Positions 9,867 through 19,177 of a stretch of DNA of 30,508 bases are shown one piece after another; position 1 is the first letter of the stretch, and every line of letters begins with the position of its first letter. The notes beneath the pieces are model-generated. The model did not search any database. It was not told the origin of the DNA and worked only from the letters and a program-made list of their open reading frames with translations. The DNA comes from a virus (lineage: Duplodnaviria; Caudoviricetes): positions 1-30,508 of the IMG/VR virus record IMGVR_UViG_3300031689_000037, one strand, 5' to 3'. The position numbers were made by a program, and so were the translations under genes.

Positions 9867-10634
9867 ATGGCTACAAAAGCAAAAGAAAAGACTACCGAAA
9901 ATTGGGAGTCTAAAGACAGGTTGTACTACCTTAAAAATGGGGTATCACCATTGACATTTACATTATCAAGCAAGCATTCACAAAGACATCCATTGATGTA
10001 TTTTGATGAGGAATTAGGTTATGAAAGAGAGCTTAGGTATGCAACAAACCAAGTATCTCCATTTGTTGATAAGCAAACAGGGCCAGCAACATTAGCGCAC
10101 ATTGTTTTTCACAACGGGGTGTTGATGGTTCCTAAACAAAAACAAAATTTACAAAAACTTTTATCATTATATCACCCTCTAAGAAAAAATTTATATGCAG
10201 AGCAAGACGAAGTTGCTGAAGCAGTAAACCAGTTAGAAGATATTGAACTGGAAATTGAAGCATTAAATTTAGCTTTACAATTAGATGTTGACCACGCTGA
10301 GGCAATATTAAGAACTGAATTAGGTAGTGCTGTATCTAAAATGAACAGTAAAGAACTTAAACGAGATTTAATGCTACTTGCTAAAAGCAATCCAGCGTTG
10401 TTTATAAGTCTTGCACACGATGAAAACGTGGAGCTTAGAAGCTTTGGTATTAGAGCAGCGGAATCAGGGATTATTATATTGTCTTCTGACCAAAAAACAT
10501 TCAAGTGGGCCACTAACGGCAAAAAGTTAATGGAAGTTCCATTTGACGAACATCCATACTCAGCATTAGCTAGTTGGTTTAAAACTGACGAGGGGATGTT
10601 AGTATACAAAAGTATAGAGAAAAAATTCTCTTAA
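9867..10634 (+). CDS. Protein downstream of the capsid gene (probable virion/assembly protein), function unknown
   Basis: Start is most likely ATG 9867 (MATKAK, 255 aa). The track's 9819 start lies inside the terminator hairpin. Confidence 0.75.
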   Translation: MATKAKEKTTENWESKDRLYYLKNGVSPLTFTLSSKHSQRHPLMYFDEELGYERELRYATNQVSPFVDKQTGPATLAHIVFHNGVLMVPKQKQNLQKLLSLYHPLRKNLYAEQDEVAEAVNQLEDIELEIEALNLALQLDVDHAEAILRTELGSAVSKMNSKELKRDLMLLAKSNPALFISLAHDENVELRSFGIRAAESGIIILSSDQKTFKWATNGKKLMEVPFDEHPYSALASWFKTDEGMLVYKSIEKKFS

Positions 10635-10644
10635 TATGTAACTA

Positions 10645-10690
10645 TATTTACAGGGGTAGGTCAACTTCGGTTGGCCTATTTTTGTAAATA
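10645..10690 (+). terminator. C(UUCG)G-capped long hairpin / intrinsic terminator
   Basis: TATTTACAGGGGTAGGTCAAC-TTCG-GTTGGCCTATTTTTGTAAATA forms a 21-bp stem with 5 G-U pairs. The core stem is followed by TTTTT. Confidence 0.85.
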
Positions 10691-10705
10691 AAACAAAACA
10701 TCAAT

Positions 10706-11764
10706 ATGGCAATAAATATAAATACGGTATATAAGACTGTGTTGCTAATACTTAACAAAGAGGAAAGAGGCTACGTTACTCCAGATGAGTTTAATAGAAT
10801 TTCTAATCAAGTTCAATTAGAAATATTTGAACAATACGGAGATGACTTAAACCAACAGTTAAGAGTTCCTCAAAGCGATACAGATTACGCAGACAGGATT
10901 GCTAATATTGATGAAAAGATTTCAATATTTAAAACATTTGGTGGCACAACGTATAATGCAAATGTTCCATCTGACACATACTTTGAATTAAAAGAAGCGG
11001 GCAATGACTTGCCAATTTACAGACTAGGGACTGTAACGTACAAAGACCAAGTAGAACTACAAAGACTTCAAAGAATGGAGTTCTACAACATTCAAAAATC
11101 TCCTCTAACAAAATCTACAGAATCATTTCCAACGTACTTACTTGAGAACAATAGGCTTTATGTAAAGCCAAGCACAATAACATCTTTAATAGGTGTTAGT
11201 TACTTAAGAATACCTTCTGAACCTAGATGGGGATACTATGTTGGCAGTGTTGGGCAATACATATACGACAGTAATGCTTATAACATAACATCTATAAATA
11301 CAGGACCTAACTCACTAATAAACAGTTTAATTAGTGGTGTTTCAGATTATCCTACAGATGGAATTTATAGAGGAATTGTTAATTCAACTGCTGGATGGAA
11401 CTCTTTTGGCCCAGGGTCTGGGTTAGATATTTCAATTACAATATCAAATGGGACTGTTTTAAGTATAGGAGTTAATGCACCAGGAATAAACTACCTTCCA
11501 GCAGGAGGTCAACAAATAACTGTATCAGGTTCCGTGTTTAAGAACTCAGCACCATTTCCTGGTTCTGTTGAAATACTTTTACAGGAATCAGACTTTAATG
11601 GTAACAGTACATATGGCTCTACCCAAATTGAACTTGATGTTTCAGAGCAAACTAACTTTATACTTAGAACATTGTTTTATTTTGGTGTTGTTATAAAAGA
11701 CCCACAGATTATACAGGTTGCTGCAAGCCAAGTACAAAGAGATGAAATAAACGAAAAAAGCTAA
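10706..11764 (+). CDS. Tail ring / head-tail adaptor protein with inserted beta domain
   Basis: N-terminal VYKTVLLILNKEERGYVTPDEFN and YLRIP..P.WGY pattern recall crAss-like ring proteins. First gene of the tail block. Confidence 0.62.
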   Translation: MAININTVYKTVLLILNKEERGYVTPDEFNRISNQVQLEIFEQYGDDLNQQLRVPQSDTDYADRIANIDEKISIFKTFGGTTYNANVPSDTYFELKEAGNDLPIYRLGTVTYKDQVELQRLQRMEFYNIQKSPLTKSTESFPTYLLENNRLYVKPSTITSLIGVSYLRIPSEPRWGYYVGSVGQYIYDSNAYNITSINTGPNSLINSLISGVSDYPTDGIYRGIVNSTAGWNSFGPGSGLDISITISNGTVLSIGVNAPGINYLPAGGQQITVSGSVFKNSAPFPGSVEILLQESDFNGNSTYGSTQIELDVSEQTNFILRTLFYFGVVIKDPQIIQVAASQVQRDEINEKS

Positions 11765-11770
11765 TAATAT

Positions 11771-12931
11771 ATGTCAAATCCAAATGGTGGTTTAATCACC
11801 GAAACTAATGCACAATACTACGCTGGACAGCAGTCTTTTGTTGGGGATGGAAGTACACGAATTTTCGTATCTACATTTAATACTAATTTAATTGCAACAG
11901 TAACAGGTGTCTCTAATACAAACTTTTCTGTAACAGTTAATGGAACTCTTGTAACTGATTATACCTTATCTGCAACAGATACAATTACATTTACGGTAGC
12001 ACCTATTAATAATGCAGAGATTATTATTAATCTTATAGAGACTGCAATAGAAGGAAATTACGGAGGGTATCAGTACACATCATTGAATGATGTTATTAAT
12101 AACTTTATGGTTGCTTACGTTGGTGCAGGTAAACTTATACTAAGTGCTAAGAGAACTGACATAATATTTCACGCAAAACGTGGGATGCAAGAATTTAGTT
12201 ATGACACATTAAGAACTATTAAGTCTCAAGAGCTAACCATATCTCCAAGTCTAACTGCGGTTATACCGCAAGACTATGTAAATTACGTTAGATTATCTTG
12301 GATTGATGATTCGGGGGTAAAAAGAATCATATACCCAAACACAAACCTTACGATAAACCCAGCACAAGCTCCTGAGCAAGATTCAACAGGACAGATAGTT
12401 CAAGACAACTTGGAAGAGAACGTAGGTACAGACCCACCACAAACAGTGGAAAGATGGAGAACTGCTGACGATAAAAAAATAACAGGACTATTTAATGCAG
12501 GCTCTGTTGATGCAGGGCTTGACATTGATGGTATTAATATTGGTAGCCTATATTGGGGAGGAGCTTATGGGCAAAGATATGGCTTAGACCCTGTTTTAAC
12601 TCAAAGTAATGGATGGTTTGGAATTGACGAAGTAAGAGGGGTGTTTACATTCTCAAGTAATTTAAAGGGTCGTCTAATCGCTATAGAGTACATCTCAGAT
12701 GGTTTGGCTTACGACTTGGATACTAGAGTCCCAAAGATGATAGAAGACGCTATGTATGCCCATATAAGCCACGCAATTATTTCTACAAGAATTAACCAAC
12801 CTGAGTACATCGTTAATAGATTAAAAAGAGAGAGAAGTGCAAAGCTAAGAAACGCTAAAATAAGATTGTCTAATATTAAACTAGGTGAGCTTACGCAGCT
12901 TATGAGAGGTAAATCTAAATGGATAAAATAA
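11771..12931 (+). CDS. Tail tubular/ring (adaptor) structural protein
   Basis: Contains IFHAKRGMQEFSYD, IPQDYVNYVRLSW, IEYISDGL and terminal RNAKIRLSN...MRGKSKWIK, plus an N-terminal GDGSTR..F Ig-like insert. Directly precedes the nozzle gene. Confidence 0.68.
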   Translation: MSNPNGGLITETNAQYYAGQQSFVGDGSTRIFVSTFNTNLIATVTGVSNTNFSVTVNGTLVTDYTLSATDTITFTVAPINNAEIIINLIETAIEGNYGGYQYTSLNDVINNFMVAYVGAGKLILSAKRTDIIFHAKRGMQEFSYDTLRTIKSQELTISPSLTAVIPQDYVNYVRLSWIDDSGVKRIIYPNTNLTINPAQAPEQDSTGQIVQDNLEENVGTDPPQTVERWRTADDKKITGLFNAGSVDAGLDIDGINIGSLYWGGAYGQRYGLDPVLTQSNGWFGIDEVRGVFTFSSNLKGRLIAIEYISDGLAYDLDTRVPKMIEDAMYAHISHAIISTRINQPEYIVNRLKRERSAKLRNAKIRLSNIKLGELTQLMRGKSKWIK

Positions 12932-12937
12932 TATAAT

Positions 12938-15900
12938 ATGCCAGAAGTTAAAAATATATTTGTCGGGGCTAAGATGAACAAAGACCTTAACCCAAGGATG
13001 ATATCAAACCAAGAATACGTAGACGCAAGAAACGCAGCAATAATAAATTCTGAGGGAAGTAATTCGGGTCTATTACAGAATGTTAGTGGTAACACAATAG
13101 AAACAGATTTTGGACTAACAGGTGTTAATTTAGAAATAATTGGTTTTTACATAGATAGCACAAACAATAGAATTTTTGCTTTTATAACTGACTGGAACGA
13201 CACATCATCTGATGGACTTTCTCGCTACGCTCCATCAACATCAAGTCACTACATTTGCTTATATGACCTTAACTCGTCTCAGGGAACTGTTTTGGTTAGT
13301 GGAAGCTTTTTAAACTTTGCAAAAAATAATAGAATACTTGGTATCAACTTGTTAGAAAACTTACTGTTTTTTACAGACGATAGAAATCAACCAAGAAAAA
13401 TAAATGTAAATAGTGCTATTGAAAACGCTAACGCAAGAGCTGGCGGTGCTACTTATGTTTACTACTTAAAAGAAGAAGATATATCTGTTTCTAGGTACTA
13501 CCCTTGGGAGCCGCTTAGTTTTTTAAAGAACGAAGAAACAGAAGTTCCTTATGCCTTACAATTAAACTCAAATTTAAAAATAATTAATACAGTTAATGTA
13601 ATTGGGGCTGGTGTTGTAGGGTATCCAATAACTGTATATACAGGCTCTGGAAATGGGGCTACTTTGGAAGTTTTTTTTACTAATGAATGGGTTAGTAGAG
13701 TTACTGTAATTACTTCTGGAGGCCAAGGGTTTAAAGAAGGAGATACGGTAACTATATCTAGTATTACAGGTCTTACATTAGAAAATCCTATTGTATTAAA
13801 AGTGTTAAAAGATAACATTCAAAAAGAGTCTACACTTAAAGATGTTACATCTAAAAACCTTCCATTAACTATTACGGCTGTAGCAATAGCCCCTATATCG
13901 TCAACTTCTTTTACAACTGCAATTGCTGTTAACAATAATTTCGTAGGCGCAACAATATCAGTAGTTAATAATAATGGGCAAGAAAGATTTAATGCTTTAT
14001 CAGGTGTAACTATAACTGCGATATCAGCAGATGGAAAAACAATAACGCATACATCAACATCAAATATCTCTCCTACCGACATAGTTACTATTGGGGCAAA
14101 CCCTTATTATAGTAATACATTTAATGGAGATTCTAATTTCACATCTGATAAGTTTATAAGATTTAGCTACAGGTTTAAGTACGACAACAATGAATATTCT
14201 TTATCTGCACCATTCTCTCAGATTGCATTTATACCAAATCAAGATGGTTATTTTTTAGATAAAGTTAGTGTTCCAACTAGAATAGAAGATGATGAAGCAG
14301 AATCAGATGAAAACAATGCGGTAAAAAGTACTATCATTAGCTTTTTTGAAAATAAAATAAATCAAGCTCAGTTAATTATACCCCTGCCAGAAAATATAAC
14401 AGATGGGTTATCTTTGATTAATATTTTAAAGGTTCAAGAAATAGATATTTTATACAAAGAGTCAGACAAAACGTCTATTCAAGTCTTAGATACTATATCT
14501 AATTTAGATTTAAGACTAGAAGAGTTTGACACTATTGCGTACACATATTCATCTCAATCACCTGTAAAAACATTACCAACAAATAATTCTACTAGGGCTT
14601 CTGACAAAACACCTATCAGAGCTAAAGCTCAAGAAGTCGCTGGTAATAGAATAATTTATGGTAATTACCTAGTTAGAACGGCAAGACCAAACTCAATAAA
14701 CTATATCGCTACGACTAGCGAAAAAAATAAATTAGGTATCTTTAATTCTTTTAGTGAGCTAGAGTACCCAAATAGCGTATTAAAACAGAATAGGTCTTAT
14801 AAGGTAGGTATTGTTTTAGCGGATAAATTTGGTAGACAATCGGATGTTATTACGTCCGAAAACTCTACGGTGTATTGTGAGTATAGAAATACTCCAGGAG
14901 ACTTTATAACTAATTCTGCTACTGAAAAAAGCATTTACAGAGGAAGCTCTTTAAAGGTAGACTTCATCTCTAAAATACCAGAGTTGCTAGAAGTTCCAGG
15001 GTATGCAGGATTATATAGTAACACAAATCCTTTAGGTTGGTATACCTACAAGGTTGTTGTTCAGCAAAAGGAACAAGACTACTATAATGTGTTTCTACCA
15101 ACAATCTTAAATAACCATCCTCAAAAAAATACAAATGCTGACGGAGAACCACCAATCCCAGTACCTATAAAATCAGAAAGCACAGCATTTATAACTTTAT
15201 TTTCAGACAACATAAACAAGGTTCCTAGAGACTTAAAAGAAGTTGGGGCGCAAGACTTGCAGTTTTCAAGTTCTGTAAATTTATTCGGCAGGGTTTATAA
15301 CACTACTTTTACTAACTTAATCCCAACATCTAGGCAGTTTATTCCAAATACAACACCTGACAAGGTTACATTAATAGGTACTAGAAATGAAATTGGCTTA
15401 GATGAAATGATAAATGGAGACCCATATAGTGTCTCCCCATTTTATAGTATTCCATCAGTGGGTGTTGGTCCTGTTTTGTCAAGTAAAACAGGTGCAAACC
15501 CATACATTGGAGAAGTTGCAACAACAAAAAGAATAGGTGCAATTGGAGGAGGTGGAGTTTCAACTGATACAGTGAATACTTCCCAAGTTTCCTTTAGTTC
15601 AATAAGGCTTAATGTTTATGAAACAGCTCCAGTAGAATCTAATTTAGATATATTTTACGAAACAGGAACATCGGGTCTAATATCTGAGCTAAATCAATCA
15701 ATAGATACAGTTACAACTCAATTAATTCCAAACTCTATAGATGGGTGGTCTTTTGATTTAAGTGAATCAACCCCTCCTAATACCGTTATAAGTCTAAACT
15801 CTTTTGACATATTAACTGCTCAAGGATTATCTTTGTCTGAAAAATCTTTAAACGATGCAAATATAACTTTAACAGGGAAAATTGTTAATGTTATTAACGG

Positions 15901-16846
15901 TGTTGATAAATCTGTTTTTTCCAATAATCTTTTTGTATTAGAACAAGATAATAGTAAAAAATTTAAAATTAAAACTGGACCAAATGCAAACTTTGTATTT
16001 ATAAGAAATAGTTCTAAGGTTGATAATTGGAAATTTGTCTTTGAGTTTACAATAGTAGATACATCAATAGTAAAATTAGAAAATCAAAAAACATCTGTAA
16101 ATATAATACAAGATTATGGATTAAGTGCATTAAAAAATGTTTTCCCTATTCTTGTAAGTCCAATTACATCAATTGTTAAATATAAATTAGATTGGGTTTG
16201 GCAATATTATATTAATCAAAACAATCAAGGAGATTATAGATGGATAGACCCAAACGGCCAAGATGAATACAGATTAAATTTTGAAATAACTACAACAGCT
16301 TTATTTGGAGGGAATAGCTTAGATTTTACTGATATAGGCGAATTGGTTGTTAAAAATGGAGCAATTAGCAATAATTTGTTTACAGAAGGAATATCTTATA
16401 TTTTAGACTCAATTTGGTTCTGGGATGAATGGAGAACAAGTCCACCTCCACCACAAGCCGATGCCCCCTCTAAATGGGTAGACTTAACAAATCAATCATA
16501 CATACAAAAAATAAGAGATTCTTCAGGAGGAAGTAATATCACAACACCTAGCACTATAGCATATGGGCCTAATACATTTAGGTTAGAACCATTTGGAAAT
16601 AACAATGTTTCAATCCAAGCCTCAAAACCTCTTTTAAAATATATAAACAGAACACAATTTACGCCTGTAGGAGAAACAAAAGATACTGTTTATAAATTAA
16701 TATTTAAAATTAGAGATTCTTCAAATTCAACAACAAATAATTATGGCGCACAAAGCGAAGGGTGGAATAAAATATCTGTATACGTGCGAGTTAATGGGTA
16801 TAATAATAAAATTATAAGAGGCACAGGAACAAGACCTCCACTTTAA
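12938..16846 (+). CDS. Tail nozzle/muzzle ('stabilization protein'), N-terminal part with variable C-terminal extension
   Basis: KMNKDLNPR...EYVDARN, LLFFTDDRNQPRKIN, FIRFSYRFKY..NEYS..APFS, GNRIIYGNY and GIVLADKFGRQSDV are propeller-type motifs of P22 gp10/crAss muzzle-like proteins. Confidence 0.7.
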   Translation: MPEVKNIFVGAKMNKDLNPRMISNQEYVDARNAAIINSEGSNSGLLQNVSGNTIETDFGLTGVNLEIIGFYIDSTNNRIFAFITDWNDTSSDGLSRYAPSTSSHYICLYDLNSSQGTVLVSGSFLNFAKNNRILGINLLENLLFFTDDRNQPRKINVNSAIENANARAGGATYVYYLKEEDISVSRYYPWEPLSFLKNEETEVPYALQLNSNLKIINTVNVIGAGVVGYPITVYTGSGNGATLEVFFTNEWVSRVTVITSGGQGFKEGDTVTISSITGLTLENPIVLKVLKDNIQKESTLKDVTSKNLPLTITAVAIAPISSTSFTTAIAVNNNFVGATISVVNNNGQERFNALSGVTITAISADGKTITHTSTSNISPTDIVTIGANPYYSNTFNGDSNFTSDKFIRFSYRFKYDNNEYSLSAPFSQIAFIPNQDGYFLDKVSVPTRIEDDEAESDENNAVKSTIISFFENKINQAQLIIPLPENITDGLSLINILKVQEIDILYKESDKTSIQVLDTISNLDLRLEEFDTIAYTYSSQSPVKTLPTNNSTRASDKTPIRAKAQEVAGNRIIYGNYLVRTARPNSINYIATTSEKNKLGIFNSFSELEYPNSVLKQNRSYKVGIVLADKFGRQSDVITSENSTVYCEYRNTPGDFITNSATEKSIYRGSSLKVDFISKIPELLEVPGYAGLYSNTNPLGWYTYKVVVQQKEQDYYNVFLPTILNNHPQKNTNADGEPPIPVPIKSESTAFITLFSDNINKVPRDLKEVGAQDLQFSSSVNLFGRVYNTTFTNLIPTSRQFIPNTTPDKVTLIGTRNEIGLDEMINGDPYSVSPFYSIPSVGVGPVLSSKTGANPYIGEVATTKRIGAIGGGGVSTDTVNTSQVSFSSIRLNVYETAPVESNLDIFYETGTSGLISELNQSIDTVTTQLIPNSIDGWSFDLSESTPPNTVISLNSFDILTAQGLSLSEKSLNDANITLTGKIVNVINGVDKSVFSNNLFVLEQDNSKKFKIKTGPNANFVFIRNSSKVDNWKFVFEFTIVDTSIVKLENQKTSVNIIQDYGLSALKNVFPILVSPITSIVKYKLDWVWQYYINQNNQGDYRWIDPNGQDEYRLNFEITTTALFGGNSLDFTDIGELVVKNGAISNNLFTEGISYILDSIWFWDEWRTSPPPPQADAPSKWVDLTNQSYIQKIRDSSGGSNITTPSTIAYGPNTFRLEPFGNNNVSIQASKPLLKYINRTQFTPVGETKDTVYKLIFKIRDSSNSTTNNYGAQSEGWNKISVYVRVNGYNNKIIRGTGTRPPL

Positions 16847-16868
16847 TATGATAAGTTAATATAAAAAA

Positions 16869-18554
16869 ATGGGATTTTTAAAAGAAATATTATACTTTAA
16901 TTCTTTTTTAGTAAAGAAAGTTGTAGAAAATAAACTTAACAACACTGCTGGAAAGGCTACTTGGCCCGCTCTTCCTTGGAATCCAGTGGGGTATCCGAAG
17001 TTTCCTTTGTTAGCATCGGCCAATCATAACGATGTATCTTGGTATATTGAAGAGTCAAGGATAAGGGGTGGATACAACAATAAACAGGTAGATTTTGGAG
17101 CAAAAGCTTATATAACAGAGTCTGAAGATTCTGAGTTAAGGCTTATTAATGGATTAATATACTCTGGAATATACAACTCTAGAACTGGAGTCAACGAAAC
17201 AAATGTTTTTTCTACAGCAGAGAACATAACAAAAGAGGTTGACCCTAGATATGGTGCAATACAAAAGCTTTACACAACAGACACTAACTTAATAATTTTT
17301 CAAGAAGATAAAGTTAGCAATGCTTTAGTTGACAAAGACGCTATTTTTACAGCAGACGGAAATCCTGCACTTACAGCATCACAGCTTGTATTAGGGCAAA
17401 TAAACCAATACTCAGGAGAGTATGGTATAAGTGACAACCCTGAATCTTTTGCTTTTAAAGGTAGTAGGATGTATTTCTCAGACAAAAATAGAGGAGCAAT
17501 AATGAGGCTTTCAAGAGATGGTCTTACAGAAGTAAGTAGTTATGGTATGAGAGACTACTTCCGTGATACGTTATCAAACATATCTGAAAACTTACAAACT
17601 ACTCAAATTGAGTTGACAGTAGAGGCTTTTTTAACAAACACATTGACATTGTCAAATTTAGACGAGGCTAATAACACTTTTGATAGGGTTCAATACGGAA
17701 TGTCTTTGTCTGGGGATGGTATACTTCCAGCAGGGCTATATATTATAAACGTAGATAAAGTAAACAAAACAATAACACTAAGCGATACTATAACATCAAC
17801 TATTAATATAGGCTCTACCGTAATACTTTCTAGCTCCGTAATGGATAGGATTGTGGGTGCGTATGACAACTATTATGATAAGTACGTTGTGTCTATGCAA
17901 AATTGGGAATTAACATCTTACTCTTACGAAACTCTTTCTTTTAACGAAAGCAATAACGGATGGACTAGCTTTTGGGATTACGACCCAAGTTTTGGTGGTA
18001 CACTAAACAACTCTTATTACACAACAAAAGGAGCTTCTTTATGGAAACATTACGATGAGAGTGTAATTAATAATAGAGGGACTTTTTATAAAACGTATTA
18101 TCCAACATCTGTTGAGTTATCATTCAATCCAATGGTGTCTGTATCTAAAAACTTTCAAACAATTAACTACGAAGGGACTAACGGTTGGCAGGTTGATTAT
18201 TTCTTATCAGACCCAACAGAGACATTACTTTTAAACACTTCAAATAACTCATACAAAGACGAATCTTCTTCAATTAAAAGTTATAATGAAGGAGTTTATT
18301 TGGATGCAGGAATTACTCATAGAGTTGGATTTAACTTAAAAGGAAACAAATATTTTGCTAACTTAGTAAACAAAGGAGTTTTATCTAATAATTTAAATAT
18401 TCCTCAAGGTCTTCCAGGACAAGTTTTACCAGGAAATAGTATGAGTGGAATAAAGGGGTTCTACTCTACAGTAAAAATAAGTACAGATAACACAACAGAC
18501 TTAGGTGGTCAAAAGAATTTATTTGCGGTATCATCAAATTTTGTAAAATCTTAA
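16869..18554 (+). CDS. Tail nozzle/muzzle ('stabilization protein'), C-terminal part as a separate gene
   Basis: YGAIQKL...FQEDKV, GEYGISDNPESFA, YFSDKNRGAIMRLSRDGLTEVS, GWTSFWDY and KNFQTINYEG correspond to the C-terminal blades of this family. Confidence 0.7.
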   Translation: MGFLKEILYFNSFLVKKVVENKLNNTAGKATWPALPWNPVGYPKFPLLASANHNDVSWYIEESRIRGGYNNKQVDFGAKAYITESEDSELRLINGLIYSGIYNSRTGVNETNVFSTAENITKEVDPRYGAIQKLYTTDTNLIIFQEDKVSNALVDKDAIFTADGNPALTASQLVLGQINQYSGEYGISDNPESFAFKGSRMYFSDKNRGAIMRLSRDGLTEVSSYGMRDYFRDTLSNISENLQTTQIELTVEAFLTNTLTLSNLDEANNTFDRVQYGMSLSGDGILPAGLYIINVDKVNKTITLSDTITSTINIGSTVILSSSVMDRIVGAYDNYYDKYVVSMQNWELTSYSYETLSFNESNNGWTSFWDYDPSFGGTLNNSYYTTKGASLWKHYDESVINNRGTFYKTYYPTSVELSFNPMVSVSKNFQTINYEGTNGWQVDYFLSDPTETLLLNTSNNSYKDESSSIKSYNEGVYLDAGITHRVGFNLKGNKYFANLVNKGVLSNNLNIPQGLPGQVLPGNSMSGIKGFYSTVKISTDNTTDLGGQKNLFAVSSNFVKS

Positions 18555-18568
18555 AAAAATAAAATAAT

Positions 18569-19162
18569 ATGGCAGCAGCAGCAATAGCATCAGGAGTTGT
18601 AGGTTTAGCGGGAGTTGGAATTAAATTATACAGCTCAATTAAAACTTACGAATCAATGAGAGACCAAGCATCAGACGATGCAGCACACGCAACTCAAATG
18701 CGAGAGAAATTAATTCAATTAGAAAATTCTAGGCAAGATGTAACAAATCCTTTTGCAAATATTGGAGTAGCAACACAGGCTGCCGAGATTCAAATAGAGC
18801 AAACAGACATTGCTTTAGCTAACACCTTAGATGCAATTAGAGCAACTGGCGGTGCGGCTGGTGGTGCTACTGCACTCGCACAAGCTGCATTGCAAAGTAA
18901 AAAAGATGTATCTGCAAATATAGAGCAACAAGAAGCAGCTAATGAAAAAATGAGGGCAGAAGGAGAATTGTATGCTTTCAATGCTAGAGAAAGAAGAGAG
19001 GAGGGTCAGCTTGATAGACAAGCGGATTTAACTGACCAAGCAAATGCTCAAGAAAGAGCATCTAAGAATAATCAAGTACTAGCTCAACAAGCTATAGGAG
19101 ACTTAGCAGCAGAAGGCCTTATGGGAGGAGCTTATGGTTTAAGCTCTATGGGTTCTAAATAA
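18569..19162 (+). CDS. Putative internal virion/ejection (DNA pilot-like) protein
   Basis: Hydrophobic Gly/Ala N-terminus, Ala/Gln-rich coiled coil and GGAAGGATALAQAA segment. First of three genes after the nozzle, matching podovirus ejection modules. Confidence 0.6.
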   Translation: MAAAAIASGVVGLAGVGIKLYSSIKTYESMRDQASDDAAHATQMREKLIQLENSRQDVTNPFANIGVATQAAEIQIEQTDIALANTLDAIRATGGAAGGATALAQAALQSKKDVSANIEQQEAANEKMRAEGELYAFNARERREEGQLDRQADLTDQANAQERASKNNQVLAQQAIGDLAAEGLMGGAYGLSSMGSK

Positions 19163-19177
19163 TAAAAATATAAAAAT

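Noticed and set aside
9760-9954. 64-aa ORF overlapping the capsid gene end (possible frameshift extension)
   Set aside because: It crosses the terminator hairpin and T-tract, and I saw no convincing slippery site at the capsid 3' end.
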